64,000 nucleotides of DNA from Camelus ferus (GCF_009834535.1 NC_045697.1:106952001-107016000); one strand, 5' to 3'; shown: positions 24,787 to 38,479, numbered from the stretch's first letter. The notes: a model not told the origin generated them from the letters alone. Made by a program: numbers and translations.

Positions 24787-27609
24787 CATACTGTCCACCA
24801 AAACTGAATCAAGAAGAATCTGAACACTTGAACAATCCTATCACTAGAAAGGAAATAGAAATAGCAATTAAAAACCTCCCTACAAATAAAAGTCCAGGAC
24901 CGGACGGCTTCACTGGGGAATTCTACCAAACATACAAAGAAGAACTCATACCAGTCCTTCTCAAACTCTTCCAGACGATTGAAAAGGAGGGAATACTCCC
25001 AAACTCATTCTATGAAGCCACCACCACCCTGATACCAAAACCAGGCAAAGACACTACAAAAAAAGAGAATTATAGGCCAATATCACTGATGAACATAGAC
25101 GCCAAAATCCTCACCAAAATTTTAGCAAATAGAATCCAACGACACATAAAAAAGATTATACATCATGACCAAGTGGGGTTCATCCCAGGGACACAAGGCT
25201 GGTTCAACATATGCAAATCAATCAGTGTAATACATCACATCAACAAGAGAAAGGACAAAAACCACATGATCATCTCAATCGATGCAGAAAAAGCATTTGA
25301 TAAAATTCAACACCCATTTATGATAAAAACTCTCGCCAAAGTGGGTATAGAGGGAACATATCTCAACATAATAAAAGCTATATATGACAAACCTACAGCC
25401 AGCATAGTACTCAGCAGTGAAAAACTCAAAAGCTTCCCACTAAAATCTGAGACAAGACAAGGATGCCCACTATCACCACTCCTATTCAACATAGTCCTGG
25501 AAGTCCTAGCCACAGCAGTCAGGCAAGAGAAAGAAATAAAAGGGATCCAAATTGGAAAAGAAGAGGTAAAAGTGTCATTATATGCTGATGACATGTTACT
25601 ATATATAGAAAACCCTAAAAGGTCCACACAAAAGCTACTAGAGCTGATTGAAGAATTCAGCAAGGTAGCAGGTTACAAAATTAACGTTCAAAAATCAGTT
25701 GCATTTCTTTACACTAACGATAAATCAACAGAAAAAGAAAGTAAAGAAACAATCCCCTTTAAAATAGCACCCAAAGTAATAAAATATCTGGGAATAAATC
25801 TAACGAAGGAGGTGAAAGAATTATACACAGAAAACTATAAACCATTGATGAAGGAAATTAAAGAAGACTTTAAAAAATGGAAAGATATTCCATGCTCTTG
25901 GATTGGAAGAATCAATATAGTTAAAATGGTCACAATGCCCAAGGCAATCTACAGATTTAATGCAATCCCTATCCAATTACCCAGGACAGATTTCACAGAA
26001 CTAGAACAAATCATAATAAAATTCATATGGAACCATCAAAGACCTAGAATTGCCAAAGCATTACTGAAGAGAAAGAAAGAGGCTGGAGGAATAACTCTCC
26101 CAGACTTCAGACAATACTATAGAGCTACAGTCATCAAGACTGTATTTGGTATTGGTACCAAAACAGACATATAGACCAATGGAACAGAATAGAGAGCCCA
26201 GAAATGAACCCACAAACTTTTGGTCAACTCACCTTTGACAAAGGAGGCAAGAATATACATTGGAATAAAGACAGTCTCTTCAGCAAACGGTGCTGGGAAA
26301 ACTGGACAGCAGCATGTAAAACAATGAAGCTAGAACACTCCCTTACACCATATACAAAAATCAACTCAAAATGGATTAAAGACTTAAACATAAGACAAGA
26401 TACAATAAACCTCCTAGAGGAAAACATAGGCAAAACATTATCTGACATACATCTCAAAAATTTTCTCCTAGAAGAAATAAAAGCAAGAATAAACAAATGG
26501 GACCTAATGAAACTTACAAGCTTCTGCACAGCAAAGGAAACCAGAAGTAAAACAAGAAGAAAACCTACGGAATGGGAGAAAATTTTTGCAAGTGAAACCG
26601 ACAAAGGCTTGATCTCCAGAATATATAAGCAGCTCATGTGACTCAATAAGAAAAAAATAAACAACCCAATCCAAAAATGGGCAGAAGACCTAAACAAGCA
26701 ATTCTCCAAGGAAGACATACAAATGATCAAAAAGCACATGAAAAAATGCTCAGTATCACTAATTATCAGAGAAATGCAAATCAAAACTACAATGAGGTAT
26801 CACCTCACACCAGTCAGAATGGCCGTCATTCAAAAATCTACAAATGACAAATGCTGGAGAGGCTGTGGAGAAAGGGGAACCCTCCTACACTGCTGGTGGG
26901 AATGCAGTTTGGTGCAGCCACTATGGAAAACAGTGTGGAGATTCCTCAAAAGACTAGAAATAGACTTACCATATGACCCAGGAATCCCACTCCTGGGCTT
27001 GTATCCAGAAGGAAATCTACTTCAGGATGACACCTGCACCCCAATGTTCATAGCAGCACTATTTACAATAGCCAAAACATGGAAACAGCCTAAATGTCCA
27101 TCAACAGGTGACTGGATAAAGAAGATGTGGTATATTTATACAATGGAATACTACTCAGCCATAAAAACCGACAACATAATGCCATTTGCAGCAACATGGA
27201 TGCTCCTGGAGAATGTCATTCTAAGTGAAGTAAGCCAGAAAGAGAAACAAAAATACCATATGAGATCGCTCATATGTGGAATCTAAAAAACAAAAACAAA
27301 AACAAACAAACAAACAAAAACAAAGCGTAAATAAAGGACAGAAATAGACTCACAGACAGAGAATACAGACTTGTGGTTACCAGGGGGGTGGAGGGTGGGA
27401 AGGGATAGACTGGGATTTCAAAATTGTAGAATAGACTACACTGTATAGCACAGGGAAATATACACAAAATGTTATGATAACTCACAGAGAAAAAAATGTG
27501 ACAATGAGTGTGTATATGTCCATGAATAACTGAAAAATTGTGCTGAACACTGGAATTTGACACAACATTATAAAATGATTATAAATCAATAAAAAATGTT
27601 AAAAACAAA
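24787..27609 (+). mobile_element. Young 5'-truncated L1 (about 2.8 kb) with 13-bp TSD
   Basis: TSD aaagggcttgtaa at 24774-24786 and 27610-27622. Contains ORF2 RT through the 3' UTR, an AATAAA signal and a short A-rich tail. Confidence 0.97.
24828..27286 (+). pseudogene. Disrupted L1 ORF2 (RT domain and C-terminal zinc knuckle)
   Basis: [29 protein letters not shown] and CWRGC...HCWWEC are present. A 2-nt frameshift near 26145 and an in-frame TGA at 26639-26641 break the frame. The endonuclease domain is absent. Confidence 0.93.
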
Positions 27610-28533
27610 AAAGGGCTTGTAAAACCTCTGACTTCCCAAGCAGCTTCAACCATCCAGTTTTGTGATATCACAGACCTAGTACAAATTCCATTTATTTGTA
27701 AATACCTCCCTTACCAGACAATAAATTTCCTTAGGTAGACATACATAGTACTTACTCTCATAAGCCTAGAGTACTTAGTACATTATAGAACTCAATAAAT
27801 GTATACTCAATGAATAAATGATAAGATTAACTATTTAAGCTAAAAACTATTCGTCATTTCACACTCCTTGCTTTTACCATTAGCTTCAAAACTGAATAGA
27901 AAATAGATCCCCGAGATTTGCTGAAATAGTTGACTTTGTGTCTCAGATTCTGGTAAAGGCATTCAGTGGGCACCATGATCAAGGTTAGTAAAATTTATTG
28001 TTCCTGGAGAGAGTAGTTAAAAATAATCTCTTGTAAGTACTAAGGAACTAGGAGTTTAATATTTGGTTCACTTTAAAAGGAACATATTATAAGAGCAAAA
28101 ATAGTGGATACTTTCCTAGAAATTGGAAAAAATCCTATGAAAGTGTCATTGTCCTATGATGAATTATTAGCACCTAAAAGAAATAAAAGTTTTCTGATAT
28201 CTCACCCCATCCATCCAAAAAGTATGAACAGATATGTAATGTGAATTTTCTAAATTACCTAACATCATTCAATTCTGCTATAAAAGAAAGTAAGTGAGAT
28301 TAAAACCAAAAGAAACATTAAACACTGAGAGCAACACAGTAACTTATGGCATATATGCAAAATTCACAGGCTATGTTAAGTAGAGACAATGAGTAAGGAA
28401 GTAGCTTGTGAGAGATTTCAAAAGGTGCTAAATACGTAAAGTAAATTTAAAGTTAGATATCTGTTAAGAACTGTTAAAGAGAGCACACTGATGACAGAAT
28501 AAACACAAGTATTATTTACAGATGGAAAGAGAC

Positions 28534-29421
28534 TGAAAGACCAAGTCCTAAAATATAATCACGCCGACTTTGTTTTAGGTGCTGATATTTCCGCAGGTCT
28601 TCAGAGTGAGGCAAGACTGCCCTTTTGTTCCAGACATTCTTTTTAAGGATGTTTGTATAGAGAACAGTCTTGGAACAGACAGGCAGTGTCTTGCTTCAGA
28701 GCAAAGGGCAAGTTTGTTTACTGTTCAGTATAATAAAGATAATGATGACCTCTGGGGCAAGGGCCAGACTTCACTGCCCATTGTAAACATTTTGGGTTCC
28801 TGAAGACTGAGGTTGCTCAACTGAGATGTAAACTCTCACTGGATACACATCTACCTGGGCTTCTGGTCTTGGTCTGCTCAGGCTGCCGTAATACAGTATC
28901 ACAGACTGGGTGGCTTAAACCTCAGAAATGTATTTCTCACACTTCTGGAGGCTGAAAGTCCAAGGTCAATGTGCCGGAATATTTATTCCTGGTGAGAGCT
29001 CTCTTCCTGGCTTGCAGATGGTTACCTTCCTGCAGTGTCCTCACATGGTAAAGAAAGAAAAAGATCTCTCTTCCCCTTCATGGCCAAAGTCCTATTCAAT
29101 TAGGGCACCAACCTTATGACCACATTAAACCTAATTAGCTCCTAAAGACCTCATCTCCAAATATAGTCACAATGAGGGGTTAGGATTTCAACACATGAAT
29201 GAAAAAGAACACAATTCAGTCCAGAGCACCCTCCACATTCACCTCAAAAAACTTGGGGGCAGGAGGAACAGACATTACCATGATGCTCTTTCTCTTTGTT
29301 GTGTTGTAAGAAAGGTCTTTGCCTCTGACCCTGGAGTCTCATGTCTTCTGCCAGCCTTCATGAAGTTTTCGCAGGATAAATTGTTAGCTTGCAAGCAGCA
29401 TGAAAGTTCAGATCCTTGACA
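28534..29421 (+). mobile_element. Solo ERV-type LTR split by a nested MLT1
   Basis: TG...CA bounded element with LTR-like 3' part (ggtctttgcctctgaccctggagtctcatgtcttctgccagc). Family not identified. Confidence 0.55.
28865..29228 (-). mobile_element. MLT1A-like LTR
   Basis: ggctgccgtaatacagtatcacagactgggtggcttaaac...ctggaggctgaaagtccaagg...gttaggatttcaacacatgaat...acacaattcagtcca. Confidence 0.85.
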
Positions 29422-30033
29422 GTTCTTGCCACTCTGGATGACAACTATGTCAGGCTTAAACGTGGCAAAGAACTATATAACACATTTGGCTGATAGGAAT
29501 GCAGAGTGTATACTGCTGGTGAAAACATGACATGTGAAACTCTTTTGGAAAGAAGTTTTACATTATCTATTAAAAATAAAGATAGCCACATTTTTCATAG
29601 TGACAAAAATGAAAATGGAAAACAAGACTGTGAAATCCAATGTATTTCATTAGGAAAATGGGTGAAAAATTGTGATACACCTTCTTGTTCAGTTATTGAA
29701 AAGAATGAATTAAACCCACATCAACTTGACTTGGTTAGATATGCAGCATCAGTACGTAGCAGAGTGAGAAAAACCAAGAAGTGTATGTTACAGGATTTCA
29801 TTTTTGTAAATCAATAAATTCCCCAAGAACACAAATTTATATGAAAATGGAGAGAAATACGAAAGATTACATACTAGATTGTTAATATATGTTAAGTGTC
29901 AGAGAAGAGGATCTGGGAGGTAGGAGATGGGGGTGAGGAGAGCCAAGAAAAGAGGGGGAAACAGCTTAGAAATAAAACCCAAAAGCAACAAAGACAACCA
30001 CTGAGTTGATTATATTTATAATAAAACTATGTG

Positions 30034-30062
30034 TGCATGCATGCATGCATGCATGCATGCAT
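30034..30062. repeat. (TGCA)7 self-complementary microsatellite
   Basis: Read directly: tgcatgcatgcatgcatgcatgcatgcat. Confidence 0.97.
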
Positions 30063-30109
30063 AAAAACATTTATTAAAATCTGAATGAGAAAAGGCAGGT
30101 CATTTTCTA

Positions 30110-33100
30110 ATTTTTTTTTTTTTACTATATTATGTTAGCAATTTTTGGATATTGTTATGGAGGACAAGAGTCACTTTTTCTTTCCTTTCTTTCAGTAGTT
30201 TCTGGAGTTCAACCTATTTACCTTTTTTCTCCTTTAAAGTTTCCAAAATCTTTTCTTCCCCCTCCTCTCCGTCCTCTTCCTCCTTCTTCTAAATGTACAG
30301 AGAGCTATTTGGGTTATCTATTTCTAATTAAATGAGCTTTGGACGTTTCAGACTTTCTAGGAATTTATTCATTTGACCTCAGTTGCCAAAATTAAGATCT
30401 ATAATGATGCCCTCACCTTCATCCCCAATATTGGTAATTCTGTTCTCTCTCTTTTTTATCAATCTGGTTAGATGTTTTCTTCCTTCATCTGTATATTTCT
30501 TTTAAAGAATTTGTTGTTTAAAAGATCTGGTGACTTTCCAGATATGTTTCTAATTTTGATTTCTAGTTTTATTGCATTGTGAATAGAGATATAATCTCTA
30601 GAATTCAAATTCTGTCAAATTAACACACCTTTTCTTATGATCCAACAAATAGTCTTCACAGTAAACTTTTCATCTCCACTTGTAACTTCTGGAGTTACTA
30701 AGCATAATGCCTTATTAATGTCAATTAGATCAAATTGGTTGACAGTGTTGTTTAAGTCTTCGATATAGCTTCTGACTTTATGCCTATTGTTCAATTACTG
30801 AGGGAGACATTTTAAAATCTCCAACTATAATTGTGAATTTATTGCTCCCTTTAGTTTCTTCAGGCTTTGCTTCCCATTTTACAATTTCTATTATTTGATG
30901 CTGTATCAGTTTCCTATTGCTGCTACAAGTTGCCGCAAACAGTGCCTTAAAACATGCAAAATTATCTTATAGTCTTGGAGGTCAGAAGTCTGAAATAGGT
31001 CTCAATGGGCTAAAACAAAACAAGTCTGAATTCCTTCTGGAGGCTTGCGGGGAGAATCTATTTCCCTGTCTTTCCACCTTCTAGAGACTCCCTGCATTCT
31101 TTGGCCAACAGCCCCTTCTTCCTCCATCTTCAAAGCCAACAGCATAGAATCAGAATCTTTAGATCTCTCTCTCTGACTGACTTCTGCTTCTGATGTCACA
31201 TTTCATTCTCTAAATGCTCCTATCTCTTCTTTCTCCTATAAGGACTGTTGCATTTACACGGGGCAGATCCAGATAATCCAGAATAATCTCCCCACCTCCA
31301 GATGCTTAATTTAATCAGCCCTGCAAAGTCCCTTTACCATGTAGGGTGCATTATACACAGGTTCTGTGGACTGGGATATGGACATCTTTGGGGAATTCCT
31401 ATTCTATCTACCACAAACACACACACATTTAGGATTGTTATACCTTCTTGACAAACTGGACCTCTTACTGTGAAATGTACTTCATCTCTGTCAGTATTCC
31501 TGAAATATATTTTATCTATTTTTAATATTGGGATTCCAGGTTTCTTATGATTAGTGTTTACATGTGAGATGTATTTGTTATCATCCTTCTGTCTTTAGAT
31601 TTAATTACATCTTTTGTAAACACACACTTGTATCTTACTTTTAATGAGCTTGAAGATCTCTGTTTTTAAATGTTCAATTTTAATTAGATCATTTACATTT
31701 AAGGTAATTACTGATATAATTAGGTTTAAGTCCATCTTTTTATTTGTTCTTTGATTCTTTTTTTTTCTTCTTTTAAACTTCTTTTGGATTAATTTTTTTG
31801 TATTCCATTTTACCTCTTGTATTGGTTTACTATCTATACCACACTTTCATGTTTTAATGATTATTTATATTTCTTTCAAGTTTAACCTCAGATAATGATC
31901 TATCTCCTTGACATATTATATAAGAATCACAAAACAGTATATTCCTTCCCCCCAAACCCTTTGTAGTTTCTTCCTGTTTTCTGAGCTATAGTCATTCCAC
32001 ATACCTTACAAACGCCACAATATATTATCATGTTGACCGTAAACTGTTACATCTTTTAAAGAAGTTAAGAAACAAGGAAAATATCTATTAAAAGTTTGTT
32101 TTTTAATATTTAACCTGCTCACTTTCTTCTGATAATTCCATTACATGCATGTTTGAGCACTTGACATTGCCCCATAGCTGACAAATGTTCTGTTCATTTT
32201 GTATGAATTTTTTTCCTTTCTGTACTTCAGTTAAATAGTTTCAGTTGCATTGTCTTTAGTTTAACTGATCTTTTCTTTTACAGTATCAAATAAAATGTTA
32301 AGCCTATCAAGTTAAGTTTTCAGTTCAAATACCGTAATTTTAGTTTTAAAACTTGATTTCATTCTTTTTTATAGCTCCCATTTTTGTACTGAGATTCCCC
32401 ATGGGCTTCCTTATTTTGTTCATGTTTTCCATTAAATATCTACATGTATTCATAATAGCTTTTTTTTAAACACAGTTTTTTTTATTTTCTTCATTTATTT
32501 ATTTTTATCATTAATTAAACTCTAGATTTTATTATGCTTTCACCACTTTTTCCATTAATGTACCCTTTCTATTCCAGGATTCAATTAAAAAAATACATTG
32601 TATTTAGTTTTCATGTCCCCTCAAGTCTCCTCTGGTCTGTGATAGTTTCTCAGTCTTGCCTTGTTTTTCATAACCTTAACAATCTTGAAAAGTACTGGCC
32701 AGAAATCCTGTAAACTGTTCACAGTCTGGGTTTTCTGGTGCTTTTCTCATGATTACAGTAGGGCTATGGGTTTTTATTAATAATATCATAGAGGGCGTTA
32801 TATGATATTCACACATTACTGATAACAGTAACCTTCACCACTTGGTTAAAGTAGCATTTGGCAGATTTTTCCATTGTAAAGTTAACTATTAATCCTTTCT
32901 CTTACTGTGTTCTTTGGAAGCTGTTACTAAGTCTAGCCCACCCTTGGAAAGAGGTGAGTAGAGTGAAACTAAGTTCCATCTTCTGGAATGGGGAGTATCT
33001 ATCTATTTATTTTTCCACACTCACATACAGACTTAATTCCATAATCTCCATCATTTCTGGGACCCTTGCTATTAAATAATTGTTCTCCCGGAATCACATT

Positions 33101-33300
33101 TTCCTGCTTACGGGCTTGCCTTTCAGTTATTTTATATATTGGATATTATGGACTCACAATTATTTTGCTTAGATTATCTTGTCTTTCTTTGGAGAGGGGT
33201 GAAATTTTGTTCTGGCAGATAGTTAATTTACTTGTGAATCACATGCTTCCTTTTCACATTTGTTTTAGGCTTTGCTAAGACAAGTATAGATTAGTATTTA
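30110..33300 (-). mobile_element. Mosaic of old L1M fragments
   Basis: ttttattgcattgtgaatagag; aaatctccaactataattgtgaatt; ctttctattccaggattcaat...gtctcctctggtctgtgatagtttctcag. Confidence 0.75.
30903..31415 (-). mobile_element. MLT1B/C-like LTR nested in L1
   Basis: tgtatcagtttcctattgctgct...ggaggtcagaagtctgaaat...cagataatccagaataatctccc...ggacatctttgggg...taccaca. Confidence 0.85.
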
Positions 33301-36300
33301 TTACCCAAGGACAGAGCAGAGGTCTCTTATAAGGACTTCTTATACTTAGTCTTAAAATGGAATAACTGGAGTAGGATAGCAGAAATTGATTTTGCCTTAC
33401 AATTAGATCACTGACAATCCATACTGTCCTCCTCTGCTGATACTACTTTTCACCAAGGTAAATGATAACCCATAGGCATCTTGCAATGTTTATTTCAACA
33501 CAATTTCACCTTGATAAACAAGAAGGTTGGAGTGGACATGGATGGTACACCCAGGCTAATCTGAATCCTGGAGTTTCTAAGGGATAACCCCAAGATCAGT
33601 GCACGTAAACACTGGTTTCACCATGCTCTACTCAACAGAAAATAAGCAAACTCAATTGGTATTTTGTACATTTATAAATATATATATGGACTTTGCTTCT
33701 TACATCTGACAGTGTATTTATCAAGGGCTTCTACAGTGGTAGTTCCACATTTCACTGATAAAGAAATATAATAGGCAGCATTTTGAGTAAAAAAAAAAAT
33801 TAAGTATAGTACTTAGGCTAAAGGCAATAATAGTCCCTTCAACCTACAAATGTGGTGTATGTCAAAACACAAGCTACAAACTAGCAATTAGCCCCATTGA
33901 AACAGTGTTATAAATATTAGTTCAACTCACAGATTAGCTCACAAAGTGCTATTCTGTCCCCAAAGTGACTGAATTATATACATTTTCTGAATTGTAATCA
34001 TCCAAGGCCAAAAGTCTTCTTAGCTTCTAACCATCTCAACCCCAAAACTTGACAGAAGCAATAATTATTATAGAGATTAATAATCAAAATTTTCTAAATA
34101 AAGAATAGCCTATGAATATCTTAATACTTGTTCAGAAAGTTCAGGATCTCCCCAATACACTGTCCAGTTACACAGGTCAAATCCTACTAAGAGTAATTTA
34201 AAAAAAAATAGATGTTACTGAAAATAGACTTGTATACAACTTTTTTCTATTAATGTATATAATATATCAGCTATAAATTGAGAATCAAATGGCATTGTTC
34301 ATACTCTGCATATTTGGAAAACTGAACAAAACATTCTGTTTCTGGGCAGCAGTTGACATACTCCTTTTTTTCCCCCTTCTAAGAGAACACATTTTGGTTT
34401 AATAGTTTTCCAGTTATATTCTTTTTTTCATAGTCCCAAAGATTCATTACTTTGATGACCATTTATCAGAGTCTCAAGTTCAATCTATAATACCCATTGA
34501 GATAGCAAATAATTCAGCCTCAGTGACGGTGTGTGTGAAAATGGGCTGTGTCCTAGATAAACGGCCTACCTGCCTCTGACACAGATTAGATCATCATTCA
34601 AACTAACCACAGATCTCTACAACAAATACGAGGAAACGCAGGGTCGCTTTAGTTGATGTTCAGTTTTAGTGGCGACTCTTCCTTTTAGGTAGTTACAACA
34701 CTATCAAAAAACCATCGCATAGGCTTGAAAAACCAAGATTCAGTAATACAGTAATAGAGACATTTCGTAAGTTTTACAGACCACCAACTGTTCCATATAT
34801 ACCTACATCTGACTTCTCTTTTTAACATTAGAGCATCTTCTAAATCTCTGCTATTTCAATCTAACTTAAACTTGTATAAACTATATTATGCTAAGGTTTC
34901 AGCCAAGAAATGCATGTATCTCTTTCCATATTCAAATAAGCTTTTTTGTATTCCTCTTAAGTTTCTATTTTCTTTCCATTTGTCTTATTATTAGAAGAAA
35001 GAAGTCAACATTTTTGACAGAGGGAGGCTGGCTGGCTATCTGGACAGCTCCTTACAGGGCAGAATTACCTTGGTAAATTCAACAGAGTCCAGAGTTTACT
35101 CACTAATCTTACAGGTTCAGAAACAGAAACAAAACAAGATTCATCTGTCAGGGATAGGATCCTATTAACCAAGTACACAAAGATCAAAATATAGAAAAAT
35201 GACTTTTTAAAACCTATAGAAAGCACAATTACTGATGAGAAGACTAGACACAGACTACATTCTTTACCTATAGGGAAAAAAGAAGGATGATTAAATTCAA
35301 AACGACAGTTTATTAATATAAAATAAGAAATATAATAGCTCACTTCTGGTTAATCCTGGCAAAATGACCATAAATTTTTCTCTTCTACTGCCCTATGGCA
35401 GACCTTAAAGGTTAGATCACTTAACCTCCTTTTCCAACCCTCCCCTTCCTTGCTTTCCTTGATAAGACAGGTCTCTCTTCCTCCATAATGCCCTCTCTTG
35501 CAGCTAAAGACTGTTTGATTAATGAGATATATAAACTTGCAAAGAGAGATAAACTGTAGGAAAAGTATCATTTGCTCAATAAAGATGTGCTGTTGTATCT
35601 TTTCTTCCCTCTTTTAAAACTTTTTATTATGAAAATTTCAGACATACACAAAAATAGACTTACTCTATGTACCCATCATGGAATTTTAAGAAGTTTGCCA
35701 ATTTTGCATCCTCTCTCTCCTATGTGAATTTTTTCTTCGGGTAGTATTTTTCTTCTGTGGTAATTTTAAAGTAAATAATTGTAACATTCATCCCACGAAT
35801 CTGTCATATGGCTCAACAGTTGAAGAGATTTCTTTTTAATTAACCAAATATGTCATTATTACATGTAACAAAAGTAATAATTCCTTAACATTATTCATGT
35901 GTAAAAAAAATCCCATCTCAAAAAATACGCTTTTCTTTTCCTTTTAACTGGTTCCAAACCATAATGAAACAAAGTCCACATATTTCAACTGACTGATACG
36001 CCTTTCAGGTTTTTATTCAATGAGAATCTCTCTTCTCTTCATATCATGTTTAAAAAAGAAACTGGGTTATTTATTCTATAAAACTTCCCACATTCTGTAT
36101 TTGGCTGTTTCTTCATGGTATCATTTAATTTTTTCCTCTATCCCCTATTCCTGAAATCAACCATTTCCCCAAAATGAGATGCAACTATCTCATGGAATCT
36201 GCTCAATGATTTACAGGGAAGTTTTGCGTTCTAAATAAAGAGAATGTTCCTTTTGGTAGAAAATGGTATTTAGAGACCATAACCTAAGCAATGGGGGTAT

Positions 36301-36349
36301 TCACTGCTTCCAGGTCAACTTCAGCAGAAAGAACTAAGAAACATATGCA

Positions 36350-37106
36350 TTGAGGCACCCCAGATCACTGCAGCAAACTGACAAGGGTACTGCAGGTTAC
36401 TTTAAACTTCGGAGGAACACAGCAGCAACTGACATCTATCAAATGTCATTTAAACTACTAGCTTGAGATGTTAGATCACATGACATTTCCTTCAATCACG
36501 TCACACTTCTACAAAACTGAGTTTCAGCAGCAACAGTGAGGATAAAGACCCAGAGTCATGTTAAAATCAATGCAAAAAAGGAAATGAGAACAGAGATAGC
36601 CAACATGATTTCAAGGTTAGAGGATGCTGCACAATTCCAAAGTGGTACACACATCCCATTAATAATTATGGTTATTTGGGAATAAAAGAAAAATATTTTT
36701 CTTTTAATTTATCTGCATTATTTTTTTCAAACAACCACTACATAGATACTTTATAAGTCGCCTGGATCTAACTATTTAATAAACAGAGTTGTTAAGTATT
36801 TCTTTTAGCCTAGAGTAGGGATTCAAACCTCAGCACTATTGATATTTCAGATGAGCTCCTTGTTGTGGGGTGCTGTATCTTGTGCATAGAAAATGTTTAG
36901 CAGTGTCCCTAGCTAGATACTAGTAGCACTCCTCCAGCTGCAACAATCCAAAATGTATTTAGACATTGCCAAATTTTCCATCGGATGGGAAAAGGCGGAG
37001 ATAGGGTTAAAATCACTCCTGGCTGAGAACCAATGGCCTAGAGTCACTGTAAAAAATATTACTGAAACATTAAGGGTACCATGGATCAAGGAGGTTTGGG
37101 AAACTG
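36350..37106. mobile_element. hAT-Charlie DNA transposon remnant
   Basis: Charlie-like terminal text (cacacatcccattaataattatgg) and end aagggtaccatggatcaaggaggtttgggaaactg. Confidence 0.6.
36816..37035. mobile_element. MER20 with perfect 8-bp TSD
   Basis: cagcactattgatattt...ttgttgtggggtgctgt...aaaatgtatttagacattgccaaat...gagaaccaatg. TSD gcctagag at 36808-36815 and 37036-37043. Confidence 0.9.
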
Positions 37107-38479
37107 ATGTACTTTTTAGGGAAAAAAAAACCCCAAAACATGAGTTAGTATTAATCTTTAATGGAATCTTTTAATTCTTTGATTTTATATTTGAACGTTT
37201 TTCTTATGCTGAAAATGCTGGTTCCTAATAATAATAATAATTTATATAAGTGCTTCTTCGCTTTATCTTGGAAAACACATATAATCCTTTCAAAAAGGCA
37301 AACCAGTATTATGTGAAACAGTAAGTTGAAGAATTCCTTTATAAATTTTACTCTTAATACATATCCAACTACAAACATACAATTAGAATACTTTTAATGT
37401 TACTTGAAATGATTTTTATCGAATCATTATCGGTGTAGTTTCGCCACAAAGTTAATATATAGTTAAGTGCATTTACTTCCGAGTGTTTTGATTTTCATTC
37501 CTGTTTTCCTGCTTGTGACGTATCATCCTGCAATCATGAGGAGACAGGCATGAGAACATAAGACAGTGTGTAGTAACTGGAGGAACAGAAAAAGCCCGGA
37601 TAACTGAAAGCATAACTGAACAGCCGAACCATATCAGTAACTATCTGGCAGGTGAGAAATAAAATTCTTATTTATGTAAAATATTTTAGTTGGGGTTTTA
37701 GTTAGTTGCAGCCAAATGCCTTCATATCTTCGCATCAAAAAATCTAAACCTCAATAAAATTATGAATAAAAAGTCATTGACTTAAAGAACAAAAGGAGTG
37801 TAAGAAGGAAGACTGAGGTAAAGAGACTTGAGTAACACTTCAAAAGACGTAAAGATACACACCAGTGGTCACTGGCGAGAGGAATGAAGTCACAACCTAA
37901 ATAGTCACCAAGAGGCCTGCGGTAAAAAGTCACCTAATTCACTCTGCAAATCTCCTCCAAACTCTCAGCCTTTAAACATACTAAGGAACATAGAAAATAA
38001 GTTCATAAAAAGAGGAAGACAGATTGTAAGTCTACAGTGACTAGAAGGACCCCAAATCTCTCCAACCTGAAGATTTTTCTTTTCCTATTTTTCTCTCCTG
38101 TCTCTTCTCCCATGGAAAACCCGATATTCATTTGCTGAGCAATTAGGAAATCATTTCCACAGTGGAAAATCAGTATAAGATGCATGGATGCCACAAAGCA
38201 CATAAGAGAAAGTCAACATACTTTCCACTCCCCACTATTTGTTCTCTGACTACCAGCAGGCTCATTATGCTCCTCTACTCCTTCCAAGCCCAATACACAC
38301 AACTCTCACACAGGGTAAAAAGGATCCTTACTAAGAGAATCTGAATGCTCCCTAAGAAAAAGCGTTCACATAATGATACTTGACTGGGTTTGACAATGGA
38401 CAGGATGGCTTACGGGCTGGTAAGGCTATAGAAAATGCCCAAGAAACATAACTGCATATAAAAACAGAGCTTCCAATTA

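Noticed and set aside
24828..26174. Novel or domesticated reverse transcriptase gene
   Set aside because: Ordinary L1 ORF2 fragment within a TSD-flanked truncated insertion, with a TTG start, a frameshift and a stop.
25307..27563. Minus-strand ORFs of 118, 186 and 97 aa
   Set aside because: They are antisense shadows of L1 ORF2 and its 3' UTR.
33330..33660. Possible processed pseudogene fragment
   Set aside because: No ORF of 60 aa or more, no poly(A)/TSD signature and no recognisable protein.
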